A stretch of 64,000 nt of DNA from a virus. Lineage: Duplodnaviria > Heunggongvirae > Uroviricota > Caudoviricetes. The stretch lies in the IMG/VR virus record IMGVR_UViG_3300046355_000236; one strand, 5' to 3'. Under the pieces are notes generated by a model, which saw only the letters and a list, made by a program, of their open reading frames with translations, was not told where the DNA came from and made no database searches. How positions within the stretch are numbered: the first letter of the stretch is position 1; each line of letters opens with the position of its first letter. The position numbers and the translations under genes are program-made. Below are positions 20,044 through 30,276 of the stretch, one piece after another.

Positions 20044-20307
20044 ATGCATACGCAATCCTCTAGTCAATCTCGTTTGAAGAACGATACACTGGGCAACACT
20101 GCTCTTACTGAGCTGTACTCAGCGTTTGAGATGATGGACCTTGACAATTTCCGTATCTTTGCGGAAGGTGTTGTGATGGCTGGTGGTGGCAAGCAACCTC
20201 GCAAGCTCGAGATCTGCAATGCCATCAACGATCCACGTACGACGAAGGCCCAAGCTCTGAAAAAGGCTCAGGACTTTATCTTGGCCGGCATGGGGTTAGG
20301 CGTATGA
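20044..20307 (+). CDS. hypothetical protein
   Basis: ORF only. Confidence 0.35.
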   Translation: MHTQSSSQSRLKNDTLGNTALTELYSAFEMMDLDNFRIFAEGVVMAGGGKQPRKLEICNAINDPRTTKAQALKKAQDFILAGMGLGV

Positions 20308-20433
20308 TTGGTACTCTTTTGATCTTGCTCGGTTGCGGTGCAATCGTGCTGTCATCTGCTTTGGATGGCAATCCTACATCCGAGCGATGGCTCGGTGTTT
20401 CAATTTTATTTTGTGTCGGTATAATCCTGCTGT

Positions 20434-20874
20434 ATGCGGGTGGAGGTATGCTCAATGGATGAACAAGGAACGTTCTCGATCAATTATGAGAACATCATGA
20501 AGGCAAACAACCTGTTGGCCGTCACGAAGATGCTGGCATCTGATATGCAACGCAATGCATACATGACGCCTGGTGACTTTATGAAGAACCTATCTGATGG
20601 TGATCTTCACTATCTCGTGGGCCTCTGTGAGGAAGAAGACAATGAACACTTTGCTGAGCTGATGCTGATGGCAGAGATGCTTGCGCAAGGCGAGGGTTTG
20701 CCTCGTGCTAATGAAGAGCAGATGATGCACCGTGTCAATGGAATGGTCGGGTTCATTGTGTGTGAGTCTCTTGCACGCCGAGGAATGGTCAAGATCCACC
20801 GCGAGAATATGTCATTCGGTGAAGACATGGCCAAGGCTGTACTTGTGGAGCGTATCGATGAAAATGACAATTGA
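20434..20874 (+). CDS. hypothetical acidic protein
   Basis: ORF only. Confidence 0.35.
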   Translation: MRVEVCSMDEQGTFSINYENIMKANNLLAVTKMLASDMQRNAYMTPGDFMKNLSDGDLHYLVGLCEEEDNEHFAELMLMAEMLAQGEGLPRANEEQMMHRVNGMVGFIVCESLARRGMVKIHRENMSFGEDMAKAVLVERIDENDN

Positions 20875-21070
20875 CCAACTGATCGATGAGCTCAAAGAGA
20901 TTGCTCTGCAACAAGCATGGGATGATGATGAAGACTTCATGGCTGATGACTATGCAGGTGGAAACATCGATGATGCGTTCTATGGTGGACATCGAAGCGG
21001 TCGGATCGATATGGCGCGTGAAGTGCTGATTAACCTAGGGATTGAGTGGGATGAAAACAATCAAGGGTGA
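20858..21070 (+). CDS. hypothetical acidic protein
   Basis: Internal Met of ORF 20732 with ATGA coupling. Confidence 0.3.
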   Translation: MKMTIDQLIDELKEIALQQAWDDDEDFMADDYAGGNIDDAFYGGHRSGRIDMAREVLINLGIEWDENNQG

Positions 21071-21542
21071 TTTGATTGCACTTGCAGAAGATGGTGAGTT
21101 TGACATCATTGTTCAAGGGTGCAATTGCTTCAACACAATGGGTAGTGGCCTTGCGAAGCAGATTCGTGAGAAGTACCCTGCTGCATATGAAGCGGACTGT
21201 CAGACTGTTAAAGGTGACTACAACAAGCTCGGGAATTATACATCCACTGTTATTCCTGTCCTTCCATGGACTGATAAGGAATTTGTTGTCGTAAACGCAT
21301 ATACACAGTATGATTACAATAGACCTGGTGAAACTAAGGAAGTGTTTGAGTATGTTGCATTGAAGTTAATTCTACGCAAACTGTACCATGCATATCCTAA
21401 TGCACATTACGGGTTTCCTTTGATCGGCTGTGGATTGGCCAGAGCAGACAAAGGCAAAGTACTAACGATCCTTGAAGCGATGGATAATGCTGTCAGTCGC
21501 AATGGAGGATCTGTTACAATTGTTGAATGGAGTGAATCATGA
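21042..21542 (+). CDS. macro domain protein (ADP-ribose binding / ADP-ribosyl hydrolase-like)
   Basis: DIIVQGCNCFNTMGSGLAKQI and GFPLIGCGLARADKG match macro-domain Gly-rich motifs. Confidence 0.7.
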   Translation: MSGMKTIKGDLIALAEDGEFDIIVQGCNCFNTMGSGLAKQIREKYPAAYEADCQTVKGDYNKLGNYTSTVIPVLPWTDKEFVVVNAYTQYDYNRPGETKEVFEYVALKLILRKLYHAYPNAHYGFPLIGCGLARADKGKVLTILEAMDNAVSRNGGSVTIVEWSES

Positions 21543-21847
21543 TTATTTTGGGTTGGATCGCATTTGTCATCGCTACAGTAGGGTTGGCAATTCTTGTCCG
21601 TGGTTGGGTGTTGACTGTGCTGTGGAGCTGGTTTGTTGTTCCTACGTTCAGCTTGCCCGAGCTATCGATCCCTGTTGCACTTGGGTTCACATTGATCGTG
21701 GGGATGTTCACACATCATTTGGCTCAAAAGACCGCTAACGATACTACGAGAAGCACAGCAACAAAGGCTGGTGAAGTGATTGGTACTGCTATTGTCAATC
21801 CGTTGATTGTTTTGTTGTTTGGCTGGATCATCCAGTCTTTCATGTAA
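21539..21847 (+). CDS. small membrane protein
   Basis: Three hydrophobic helices. Confidence 0.4.
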   Translation: MIILGWIAFVIATVGLAILVRGWVLTVLWSWFVVPTFSLPELSIPVALGFTLIVGMFTHHLAQKTANDTTRSTATKAGEVIGTAIVNPLIVLLFGWIIQSFM

Positions 21848-22025
21848 GGAAATAAGATGTCTAAAACTGAACAAGAACCATTGTTTGTCGAGCTGGTGCA
21901 TGACAATAACGGCTGGTACGCATTCGATGTGATGGCTCAAGAGCTAATCAAGATGGGTGCAAAACAACAGGAACGTGCTGATCTGTTTACGATGATCGGT
22001 CAAACCCCTACTCAGAAGTGGTGAC

Positions 22026-22427
22026 ATGCTGATGCTCGAGTGTATGATTTTAGGTGATAGCATTGCGACCGGGATTGCAAAGCACCGGCCTGAATGTGTG
22101 TCGTATGTGAAGATTGGGGTCAACAGCCACAACTTCAACAGCTTCTACCGTGCTCGGTCGTTCGAGGCTGAGGCTGTTATTATCAGCCTTGGCTCTAATG
22201 ATCACAAGAAAATCCACACTCGACGCGAGCTCACAGAGTTGCGTGAAAGAGTGGGTGGTCGGCGCATTTACTGGATTTTACCCGCTAATAACGTGGAGAT
22301 CCAGGAAGATATCCGTCAACTTGCTGCAGAGTACAAGGACATTGTACTGCCGATTCCCCTGTTGTCTTTAGACAAAGTTCACCCTACAATTGACGGGTAC
22401 AAACAACTTGCAGCGAGTGTAAAATGA
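22026..22427 (+). CDS. SGNH/GDSL-type hydrolase (small)
   Basis: ILGDSIA (GDS), SLGSNDH, DKVHPT (DxxH) blocks. Confidence 0.5.
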   Translation: MLMLECMILGDSIATGIAKHRPECVSYVKIGVNSHNFNSFYRARSFEAEAVIISLGSNDHKKIHTRRELTELRERVGGRRIYWILPANNVEIQEDIRQLAAEYKDIVLPIPLLSLDKVHPTIDGYKQLAASVK

Positions 22428-22594
22428 ACTTCAAAAAGATTGCCGGATGGTTGATATTCCTGTACCTGCTCAATGCAGTGCTTACATGGATGTACAAGTT
22501 AATCGATGGCGATGAAGAAGAAGAGAGCTTAGAGTAAGCTATATACAACTGTACGGGATAGACCTGTACGACATTTTATTCAAAGGAGCTTTGA

Positions 22595-23614
22595 ATGTCA
22601 AAAAAGTATCACACCCTTGTCCTTATTGGACGTTTCCAACCATTCCACAATGCTCACCTCGAGATTGTGAAGCGTGCCACTGCGCTATGTGAACAGTTGA
22701 TCATCATCACTGGGTCAGCAAAGCAGCCACGTACGTACAAGAACCCATTCACGAGCGCCGAACGTCGTGGTATGATCAAAGCAGCAACTGCTGGTCTGAG
22801 CATACAGATTCATGTTGAGGAAAACATCGACACGATCTATAATGACCAAGCATGGGCCATTCGTGTTCAAGGTATTGTTAGCAAGTATCGTGCTCTTGGT
22901 GGTAAGATCGGTGTTATCGGTCACAAGAAAGACGATTCATCATTTTACCTCGATATGTTCCCTCAGTGGGAGTACGAAAACGTCGATGAGATTGAGCCTC
23001 TGAGCGCAGTCAACATCCGTGACCTATATTTCAAAGAGAATGTCAACTACAACTTTCTCAAAGGCGTGATCCCACAGACCACCTACGACTTCTTGCTCGA
23101 CTTTGCTCACACAGAAGAGTATCGTCAGATCATTCGTGAACGTGAGTTTGTGGCAACGTACAAGAAGCAGTACGCTTCGCTGCCCTACCCTCCAATCTTC
23201 TCTACCGCTGATGCTGTAGTGATTCAGTCCGGTCACGTTCTTATGATCAAACGTCGTGCTGAGCCTGGTAAAGGATTGTGGGCAGTTCCTGGTGGATATG
23301 TCAACGCCAACACAGACAAGAGTGTAGAGGATGCTGCAATCCGTGAATTACGGGAAGAAACACTGATCAAGGTACCTGCTCCTGTGTTGCGTGGGTCAAT
23401 CGTTGATAATCGTGTTTTTGACGCTGTTGATCGTAGTCCTCGTGGCCGGATCATCACGCACTGCTTTAAGATTGTATTGCCTGATGGTGAATTGCCAAAG
23501 GTCAAAGGAAGTGACGATGCTGAGAAAGCCCGTTGGGTGCCTATTGCAGAGGTCAAATCAGAAGAGTGTTTTGAAGACCACTATGACATGATCATGTGGG
23601 CAGTTGGAGCTTGA
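22595..23614 (+). CDS. natV: bifunctional NMN adenylyltransferase / Nudix hydrolase (NatV, NadM-Nudix)
   Basis: GRFQPFHNAH cytidylyltransferase motif; C-terminal Nudix box GLWAVPGGYV...IRELREETLI. Confidence 0.8.
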   Translation: MSKKYHTLVLIGRFQPFHNAHLEIVKRATALCEQLIIITGSAKQPRTYKNPFTSAERRGMIKAATAGLSIQIHVEENIDTIYNDQAWAIRVQGIVSKYRALGGKIGVIGHKKDDSSFYLDMFPQWEYENVDEIEPLSAVNIRDLYFKENVNYNFLKGVIPQTTYDFLLDFAHTEEYRQIIREREFVATYKKQYASLPYPPIFSTADAVVIQSGHVLMIKRRAEPGKGLWAVPGGYVNANTDKSVEDAAIRELREETLIKVPAPVLRGSIVDNRVFDAVDRSPRGRIITHCFKIVLPDGELPKVKGSDDAEKARWVPIAEVKSEECFEDHYDMIMWAVGA

Positions 23615-23983
23615 TATGGCATATCGTCCATGCATTCGATATGAGGACCACCTTTGGTATCCTATCCTTGTAAAGGTAGGTGGAGGACATTGGATCGTAG
23701 AGATGCAAGGTAAGAGCGTCAATGCATGGAATGATATGGTAAGAGAGCAGTGGAAAAAGGACACAGAAGGTCATCCAAGAGGTTGGCACGTTTAAGGAGT
23801 GAAACATGAGTGCAATGAAAGATAGTATTCCGATGTTGATCACCAAGCTAGAACAGGTTGGCACACAATACGCATACGAAAGACGGTACATTGGTGAGGC
23901 AGTAACATACTTGCGACACCTGTATGATTTGCTTGATGCTCAACCGGTCAAGCAAATTGATGAAACAACCCTAGGACAATGAT

Positions 23984-24517
23984 ATGACAATTGAAGTGAA
24001 AGCACCAGCACCGTACAATACAGCTGGTAAAATTGCAGTGTTCCTTGCTGGTTCGATTGAAATGGACACAGCAGAGCGGTGGCAAGAGAAGGTCGTCAAG
24101 ATGATTGACCATCCAGACGTGATGTTCCTCAACCCTCGCCGTGACGATTGGGATGCTTCGTGGAAGCAAGAGAAGGATGATCCAGATTTCAGTGAGCAAG
24201 TCGAGTGGGAGTTGGATTCCATGGAGCTTGCTGATGTGATTTTCTTCTACTTTGCCCCTGGCACCAAGTCACCAATTACATTGCTTGAGCTCGGTCTGAT
24301 GGCCAACAGCGATAAGCCTGTCGTTGTGTGCTGTCCAGAAGGGTTCTGGCGTAAGGGTAATGTGGACATCGTATGTGAACGTACAGGTATCCGTGTTTAC
24401 GAAGATCTTGTTGACATGATCACCAAATTCCCTGAGAATATTGAATTCCTGCTCGAAGCTAAGCGACGAGCAACCGAGATGGAGGCACGATACAACGTGC
24501 CCCCTACCAAGTTCTGA
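23984..24517 (+). CDS. nucleoside 2-deoxyribosyltransferase-like fold protein
   Basis: IAVFLAGSIE ... VIFFYFAPG ... LLELGLMAN.DKPVVVCCPEGFW pattern of the NDT/Rcl fold. Confidence 0.5.
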   Translation: MTIEVKAPAPYNTAGKIAVFLAGSIEMDTAERWQEKVVKMIDHPDVMFLNPRRDDWDASWKQEKDDPDFSEQVEWELDSMELADVIFFYFAPGTKSPITLLELGLMANSDKPVVVCCPEGFWRKGNVDIVCERTGIRVYEDLVDMITKFPENIEFLLEAKRRATEMEARYNVPPTKF

Positions 24518-24559
24518 GATAGACTTAGGACTTTTTATTAACTTGTTAAGGAGATTAAC

Positions 24560-25960
24560 ATGAAAATTGCAAAAAACATCATTCTGAACACTGACTCATA
24601 CAAGACTAGCATGTTCGCTCAATACCCTGCAGGCACTACTGGTGTCTATAGTTACATTGAGTCTCGTGGTGGTCGTTATGATCAGACCGTGTTCTTCGGT
24701 CTGCAGGCGTTCATTAAGGAGTATTTGCTTGAGCCTATCACACAAAGCGATATTGACTTCGCAGACGAGATCCTCACTGCACACGGTGAACCATTCAACC
24801 GTGCCGGATGGGAATACATTCTGGACAAACACAATGGCTTCCTACCGGTCGTCATCCGTGCAGTCCCTGAAGGTTCCGTGGTCCCTACGCGAAATGTACT
24901 CGCCACGATCGAAAACACAGACCCAGCATGTTTCTGGCTGACCACTTGGTTGGAGACTGCTTTGCTTCGTGCTGTGTGGTATGGCACTACCGTGGCTTCG
25001 CAGAGCTACAAGATCAAGACCATTATCCTCGACTACCTGGAGAAAACTGGTGATCCTAGCCTTATCGATTTTAAGTTGCACGATTTTGGTGCTCGTGGTG
25101 TATCTTCAATGGAGAGTGCTGGAATCGGTGGAGCGGCTCACCTGGTCAACTTTATGGGCACGGACACTATTAGTGGTATTTTGTTTGCTCGTGAGTATTA
25201 CAACGCTGGCATCGCTGGTTTTAGCATTCCAGCAGCCGAGCACAGTACAATTACTAGTTGGGGACGAGACAACGAGGTAAAAGCCTATGCTAACATGCTC
25301 AATCAATTCGCCAAGCCTGGCAGTATCGTGGCTGTTGTTTCTGATAGCTATGATGTTTTTAATGCCGCTAGTAATCTTTGGGGAGAAGAACTTCGCCAAC
25401 AAGTTATTGATAGTGGTGCTACTATTGTTATCCGCCCAGATAGTGGGGACCCTGTTGCAGTTAACGTGCAACTGATCCAAATCTTGGATAGCAAGTTCGG
25501 AAGTGTGGTAAACGCTAAAGGATTTAAAGTTCTTAACAATGTTCGATTGATTCAAGGAGACGGTGTAAATGAACTTACTATTCGCAGCATTCTTGGTGCC
25601 TTTATGGCTCTTGGGTATAGTGCTGACAACATTGCATTCGGTATGGGTGGAGCGCTGCTGCAAGGCGTTGACCGTGACACTCAGAAGTTCGCAATGAAGT
25701 GCTCATCCGCTTGCATCGATGGTGCATGGGTTGATGTTCAGAAGGATCCTGTCACAGACAGTGGTAAGAAGTCTAAAGCTGGCCGCGTCACTCTGTGGAA
25801 GAGTGGTGGCGAGTATACGTCTGGCGTTCATCGCCCTTTGGCTGGTTGGACTGATAAAGCAATTGGTCCTTGGACCGAGGCTCTGGAAGAAGTGTATCGG
25901 GATGGTGTAATGACCAAGCAATACGACTTCGAAGAGGTTCGCGCAAACGCACGTAAGTAA
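24560..25960 (+). CDS. nadV: nicotinamide phosphoribosyltransferase (NadV/NAMPT)
   Basis: 466 aa; N-terminus NTDSYKTSMF..YP and overall NAMPT pattern. Confidence 0.85.
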   Translation: MKIAKNIILNTDSYKTSMFAQYPAGTTGVYSYIESRGGRYDQTVFFGLQAFIKEYLLEPITQSDIDFADEILTAHGEPFNRAGWEYILDKHNGFLPVVIRAVPEGSVVPTRNVLATIENTDPACFWLTTWLETALLRAVWYGTTVASQSYKIKTIILDYLEKTGDPSLIDFKLHDFGARGVSSMESAGIGGAAHLVNFMGTDTISGILFAREYYNAGIAGFSIPAAEHSTITSWGRDNEVKAYANMLNQFAKPGSIVAVVSDSYDVFNAASNLWGEELRQQVIDSGATIVIRPDSGDPVAVNVQLIQILDSKFGSVVNAKGFKVLNNVRLIQGDGVNELTIRSILGAFMALGYSADNIAFGMGGALLQGVDRDTQKFAMKCSSACIDGAWVDVQKDPVTDSGKKSKAGRVTLWKSGGEYTSGVHRPLAGWTDKAIGPWTEALEEVYRDGVMTKQYDFEEVRANARK

Positions 25961-25965
25961 TCCCG

Positions 25966-26310
25966 TTGTCATGGGTTAAGGGTTGTGGTGATAATAACGT
26001 CATCGCAACCCTTTTTTTGTTTATCATGATTTATCCATGTGAATTGATCTCCGCTGCACAACTCCAACAGCTTGCCAAGCCTGCTCGTGCTGTCGTCAAT
26101 AGCGAATGTGCATTCGTTGCTGATACTCTGCGCAAGCAAGGCCATACCGATCTGGCAAAAGAGTATTGGAGCTGGGTGTGCTCATCAGCATCCAATGATC
26201 CTGTTGTGGGTAAACTGCGCTTCGGTGCGGAAGTGTATGACCAGTATACACGATTGAGAGCGATCGATGCTCAACAAACAATGCCATCATGGGGAACATA
26301 CGGAACTTGA
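25966..26310 (+). CDS. hypothetical protein
   Basis: ORF only. Confidence 0.3.
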   Translation: MSWVKGCGDNNVIATLFLFIMIYPCELISAAQLQQLAKPARAVVNSECAFVADTLRKQGHTDLAKEYWSWVCSSASNDPVVGKLRFGAEVYDQYTRLRAIDAQQTMPSWGTYGT

Positions 26311-26374
26311 CCTGTTGACTCATCATCCGATCTAACAGATAATTGAGTCATCGCAAACACAAACGGAGTTTATT

Positions 26375-26977
26375 ATGAGTGCATACAAAATCGGCGAATA
26401 CGACCTGATGCGCATCGGTGCTAATGGTTGTGGTTCAATCAACTGCAGTGTCGAAGGATACTGGAGCCGTGATCCTCTGACGTTGTATATCAACCGCGGA
26501 TGGGCAACTTCAATAGAAGAAGGTGTGTGGACTGTTAGTATGTCTCACAGCTCTGGCGGCCGTGACACAAAGGTTCTCGAGGATGATATGCAAGCTACGT
26601 GTAACTTCGCAGAAGGGATGACTGCACTTGCCAATCTTGGCCGTGAGATCCGTGAGATGCAGGTGCAATTAGAAGCATTCTATCAAGCTCAACGTGAACT
26701 TAATCGTCAGGAACGTGAAGCTGAGAAGAAAGCACAAGCTGAACGTGAGGCTGCTGATCAACCGCTCGGTCGCTTGCAAGCTGAACGTCTGATGTTGGAT
26801 GCTGAGATCTATCATCAGCACATCACATACTTCCTGCGCGGCAGTGACCAACCACGTACCATCGAGCTCCAGCAGCGAGTGAAGACCAAGTGGTACATGA
26901 ACGGCACTAATGCATCAAAGAAGGCTGTTGTCGAGTTCTTGGCAACGTGCTCTGAGCGTTCCAAACTGGCTGAATGA
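26375..26977 (+). CDS. hypothetical coiled-coil protein
   Basis: EAFYQAQRELNRQEREAEKKAQAEREA stretch. Confidence 0.4.
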   Translation: MSAYKIGEYDLMRIGANGCGSINCSVEGYWSRDPLTLYINRGWATSIEEGVWTVSMSHSSGGRDTKVLEDDMQATCNFAEGMTALANLGREIREMQVQLEAFYQAQRELNRQEREAEKKAQAEREAADQPLGRLQAERLMLDAEIYHQHITYFLRGSDQPRTIELQQRVKTKWYMNGTNASKKAVVEFLATCSERSKLAE

Positions 26978-27366
26978 TCATGCGCAAAAACGAACTGATT
27001 GAGCTCCTTGCTACGATCGATGGTAATCCTGAGATCGTGCTGTGGAACGGGATGGTCGGCGACTACATGCACATCGACAACAAACTGGTTGAGGGTGACC
27101 TTGTCAAGATGACGCTCGATTATTATCTGAGGACGAACTTGCTACGTGACTGTCGTGATGCAAAAAACTGGGACCTCGTGCATACACCAGAAGAGGTTCA
27201 AGAGTTGAAGAGTGCGTACAAAAAGTACGTCGCTTGGGAAACAAACCAGTACGTCACAGATAACGATGTAGAAAACAAACGGTACAAGCGTAAACGCGTG
27301 TTCTACATCGATGCAAAGAAGCGCAATCAAACATTTCACGACCGAATGGGTTCAATCGAATATTGA
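26974..27366 (+). CDS. hypothetical protein
   Basis: Coupled ORF. Confidence 0.4.
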   Translation: MIMRKNELIELLATIDGNPEIVLWNGMVGDYMHIDNKLVEGDLVKMTLDYYLRTNLLRDCRDAKNWDLVHTPEEVQELKSAYKKYVAWETNQYVTDNDVENKRYKRKRVFYIDAKKRNQTFHDRMGSIEY

Positions 27367-27428
27367 CCGTTGACTGATCCATCGAATGCAATGATAATTG
27401 AATCATCACAAACGCAAACGGAGCTGAT

Positions 27429-27731
27429 ATGAAAAAGATCACTAAATCCACATTCAAGTCCTTCATCAAGAAGAACCGTGCTGCCCTATTGGTCAGCCGT
27501 CCATCATCGTTCGATGGTATGGTTGATGGTATCGTTAGCAACGATGCTGGATTCAAGCCTGCAGAAGAGGATGGGTTCATGGACAACTCGCTTGGAATCA
27601 AGGGTGTGTGGCTGGTTAATGGCAGTCGTGATTATTTCGAGCACTACGAACAAGGTGGTCTCGTTGGTATCCGTGTGCACAACTGCTGCGGAACATCGAT
27701 CGTTGCTGTCCGTGCAGGAGAAGTGAAATGA
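27429..27731 (+). CDS. hypothetical protein
   Basis: ORF with ggag SD. Confidence 0.4.
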   Translation: MKKITKSTFKSFIKKNRAALLVSRPSSFDGMVDGIVSNDAGFKPAEEDGFMDNSLGIKGVWLVNGSRDYFEHYEQGGLVGIRVHNCCGTSIVAVRAGEVK

Positions 27732-27919
27732 ACATTGAAAAAGCATTGGAAATCGTTCAAACCATCCAGACTGAGATGGGGGAGGGTCTGTTGGAGACTC
27801 TTCAATATATGGATCGCAACCTCTTCCAGTTTGATGAGGAACAACGTAGCGCATTCCGTGTTACGATGCGTGAATTTAGTAAATTGTTTGCACCTAAGAA
27901 AGAGGTTCAGTATGAGTAA
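27728..27919 (+). CDS. hypothetical protein
   Basis: Coupled ORF. Confidence 0.3.
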   Translation: MNIEKALEIVQTIQTEMGEGLLETLQYMDRNLFQFDEEQRSAFRVTMREFSKLFAPKKEVQYE

Positions 27920-28931
27920 GTTAATTTCTGCAGTGGTCCTTGCCGCTGCCGTAGTGAGTTCGTTCCCTAGCCATTCCGGAAGCATTGGTCGTTCCGGAGG
28001 TGGTGCATCAGTGAGTCGCAGTGTGTCGGTATCACGACCGAGCGTTGCCCCTTCGCGACCATCTGTTGCTCCGGCACCGAGCCGTCCAGGTGGAATCGGT
28101 GGCACACAGAGTGCTATGGGTGTTCGTAAGAGCGAAGTGACTGCTCCTGTTGCACAGAAGGTCAATCCTCCCGTCAGCAGCGGTGTTGCTTCAACGGGTA
28201 GTACATCACAATACAGCTCACCACAACCATCATATGGAAACGCTAATGTCCCCAACTACGGTGGTGGCGGTGTGACAAACGGCAGTATGTTCATGAGCTC
28301 TATGGGTGGTGCTGTTGCAGGTACGTTGCTTGGCAATGCAATCTCTGGCGGTCATGGTCACGGTGGTGGCACAACGGTGATCAACAATGGTGGTGGGGGC
28401 GGAGGTACAAGTGCTCCCGCTGTTGTGGCTGGTGGTCCTTCAAACTCGTTTGACCAGAGTGGTCCTGGTGGATACACTCAAGCTGCTGAAAAGAAGTCCA
28501 ACTACGGCTTCTGGCACTTCATCATCGATGTGTTCTTGTTTGCTCTGACTGCTGTTGTCCTCGTCGGGGTAATCTGGTTGTTCTACAAAGGTTTCAAAAT
28601 GATCAAAAATTATATCAACAAGGAGCGTGGCATTGCACCTAAGCAGCCATTCAGTCCTACCGCTCAGTTCTGGGAGATTCAGCGATCGTTTGCTGAGGGC
28701 AACGTTGAGAAGTTGAAGACGTTGCTCGGTCCAGATCTTGTCGATGAAGCAACACAAGACCTTACTCCTAGCGAACTGACGCTGAGTAAGGTCAGTCATG
28801 AGGTTGTCCTTGACACGCCGCGTGAGTTCAGTGTACACTACACGTTCAATGACGGTGATTTGGTGATCAACCAAGTGTGGCACTATGAGCTGCACGGCAC
28901 ATGGAAGCTCAATGGAATCGAAAACGTTTGA
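27912..28931 (+). CDS. secreted/membrane Gly-Ser-Pro-rich protein
   Basis: Signal-like N-terminus MSKLISAVVLAAAVV, low-complexity G/S/P region, one TM near FWHFIIDVFLFALTAVVLVGVIW. Confidence 0.45.
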   Translation: MSKLISAVVLAAAVVSSFPSHSGSIGRSGGGASVSRSVSVSRPSVAPSRPSVAPAPSRPGGIGGTQSAMGVRKSEVTAPVAQKVNPPVSSGVASTGSTSQYSSPQPSYGNANVPNYGGGGVTNGSMFMSSMGGAVAGTLLGNAISGGHGHGGGTTVINNGGGGGGTSAPAVVAGGPSNSFDQSGPGGYTQAAEKKSNYGFWHFIIDVFLFALTAVVLVGVIWLFYKGFKMIKNYINKERGIAPKQPFSPTAQFWEIQRSFAEGNVEKLKTLLGPDLVDEATQDLTPSELTLSKVSHEVVLDTPREFSVHYTFNDGDLVINQVWHYELHGTWKLNGIENV

Positions 28932-29079
28932 TGATATTGACCAGCTCATGGATGCGCTGGCATGGGCAAAGGAGTGTGGTCTTGAGCATGAATTCCTTGA
29001 GTTCTTCCTCAATGACTACGCTACAACAAAAAGCATACCATCAGCCATTTGGTATGCCAACTGCGAATGGGACCTATGA
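28885..29079 (+). CDS. hypothetical small protein
   Basis: ORF only. Confidence 0.3.
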   Translation: MSCTAHGSSMESKTFDDIDQLMDALAWAKECGLEHEFLEFFLNDYATTKSIPSAIWYANCEWDL

Positions 29080-29182
29080 ACGAAGAAGAGGAAGAGAAGT
29101 TCAGATACACATTAACGATGGACATTGCTGACTCCATTGGTCTGATCTTGCTGTGTGTGTTGTTGATGTTGGTTGTTCTTCT

Positions 29183-29485
29183 ATGAAAATGTACATCGTC
29201 ATATTGGACTGGGTTCCAACAGGTCATGCTCTAAACACCGCAGCTCATGCGGGTTTGATCGGATACTTGGAATACCAGCACCTGCCCGAGACACAGGAAT
29301 GGTTGGATACCAGCTTCAAGAAGGTCACATGCGTTGTGTCTGAGGAAGAGTTCAGAGAGTTGATTAACGTTGAGAACCGTTATATAATGACGGAGAGTCG
29401 CCTCGACCATGCTGTTGTTGGTGCTGTGTTTGCCCCTCGTAAAGAGTGGCCTCCTATTATGAAAACATTGAGGTTATGGTCATGA
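29183..29485 (+). CDS. hypothetical small protein
   Basis: Internal Met of ORF 29153. Confidence 0.35.
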   Translation: MKMYIVILDWVPTGHALNTAAHAGLIGYLEYQHLPETQEWLDTSFKKVTCVVSEEEFRELINVENRYIMTESRLDHAVVGAVFAPRKEWPPIMKTLRLWS

Positions 29486-29682
29486 AAGTCAGGATCCGAA
29501 TTGTAAACCAGTATGGTACGTTCACGAGTGATGAGCTCACTGACACTCCAGTCGTACATGATTATGTCATGAAGGCAGCACGTGGTGAAGCGTACTACCT
29601 GAACATGGAAATAAATGGAAACGACACATACTTTACAGAGCATGTCCTTAAGCAGTCAATCATTACGGTACTTCGCTCATGA
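29482..29682 (+). CDS. hypothetical small protein
   Basis: ATGA-coupled. Confidence 0.35.
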   Translation: MKVRIRIVNQYGTFTSDELTDTPVVHDYVMKAARGEAYYLNMEINGNDTYFTEHVLKQSIITVLRS

Positions 29683-30011
29683 CCAGTTCAGTATCACTCC
29701 GCGCTAGTGCGTTGATCAAGGCTTGTGATGTGTACCTTGCACATCACAAGGCCAAGGTGGAAGAACGTAGAGAAAAGCACATTGCAGAGGAGATGAAACG
29801 AAAGCGTTGGTGGGGACTTGCTCGCTGCCTCACCCGTGAAGAAGTGGAGGCTCAGATCTCACCACTAGATTCATGGATCCTTAGTGGTTGGTGGCGATAC
29901 CAATGCGAGCGTTTGAGGAAAATGGCTATCATGGTGGATCCTGATGTGGGATGTGTCGATGTTGATGAAGAGATGGCCGTGTTTTTGTATGATTACTGGG
30001 AGCACCAATGA
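29679..30011 (+). CDS. hypothetical small protein
   Basis: ATGA-coupled. Confidence 0.35.
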   Translation: MTSSVSLRASALIKACDVYLAHHKAKVEERREKHIAEEMKRKRWWGLARCLTREEVEAQISPLDSWILSGWWRYQCERLRKMAIMVDPDVGCVDVDEEMAVFLYDYWEHQ

Positions 30012-30208
30012 AAGAGCCGTATAAGACACTACATGAAGAAGCAGTGAAGATCGTTACAACACCTCCGCGTACCGACTATCCAACGAATGGTGAGCTTGCA
30101 GAGGCATATGGTGAGCTGGTTGCAATTGCTGTGATCAGTGCAGCCGAAAGGATGGGCCTCGGATCAGATGCTGTTGAGGAACTGATGGATCGCTTCGGTA
30201 TAGAGTGA
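30008..30208 (+). CDS. hypothetical small protein (member of ..RFG[IV]-ending paralog family)
   Basis: Ends LMDRFGIE. Confidence 0.35.
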   Translation: MKEPYKTLHEEAVKIVTTPPRTDYPTNGELAEAYGELVAIAVISAAERMGLGSDAVEELMDRFGIE

Positions 30209-30276
30209 CCCTTCATAAGCGTTGACATGGATGATGATCTCCGTTACAATTGACACATCGCAATTAGGAGCTCATC

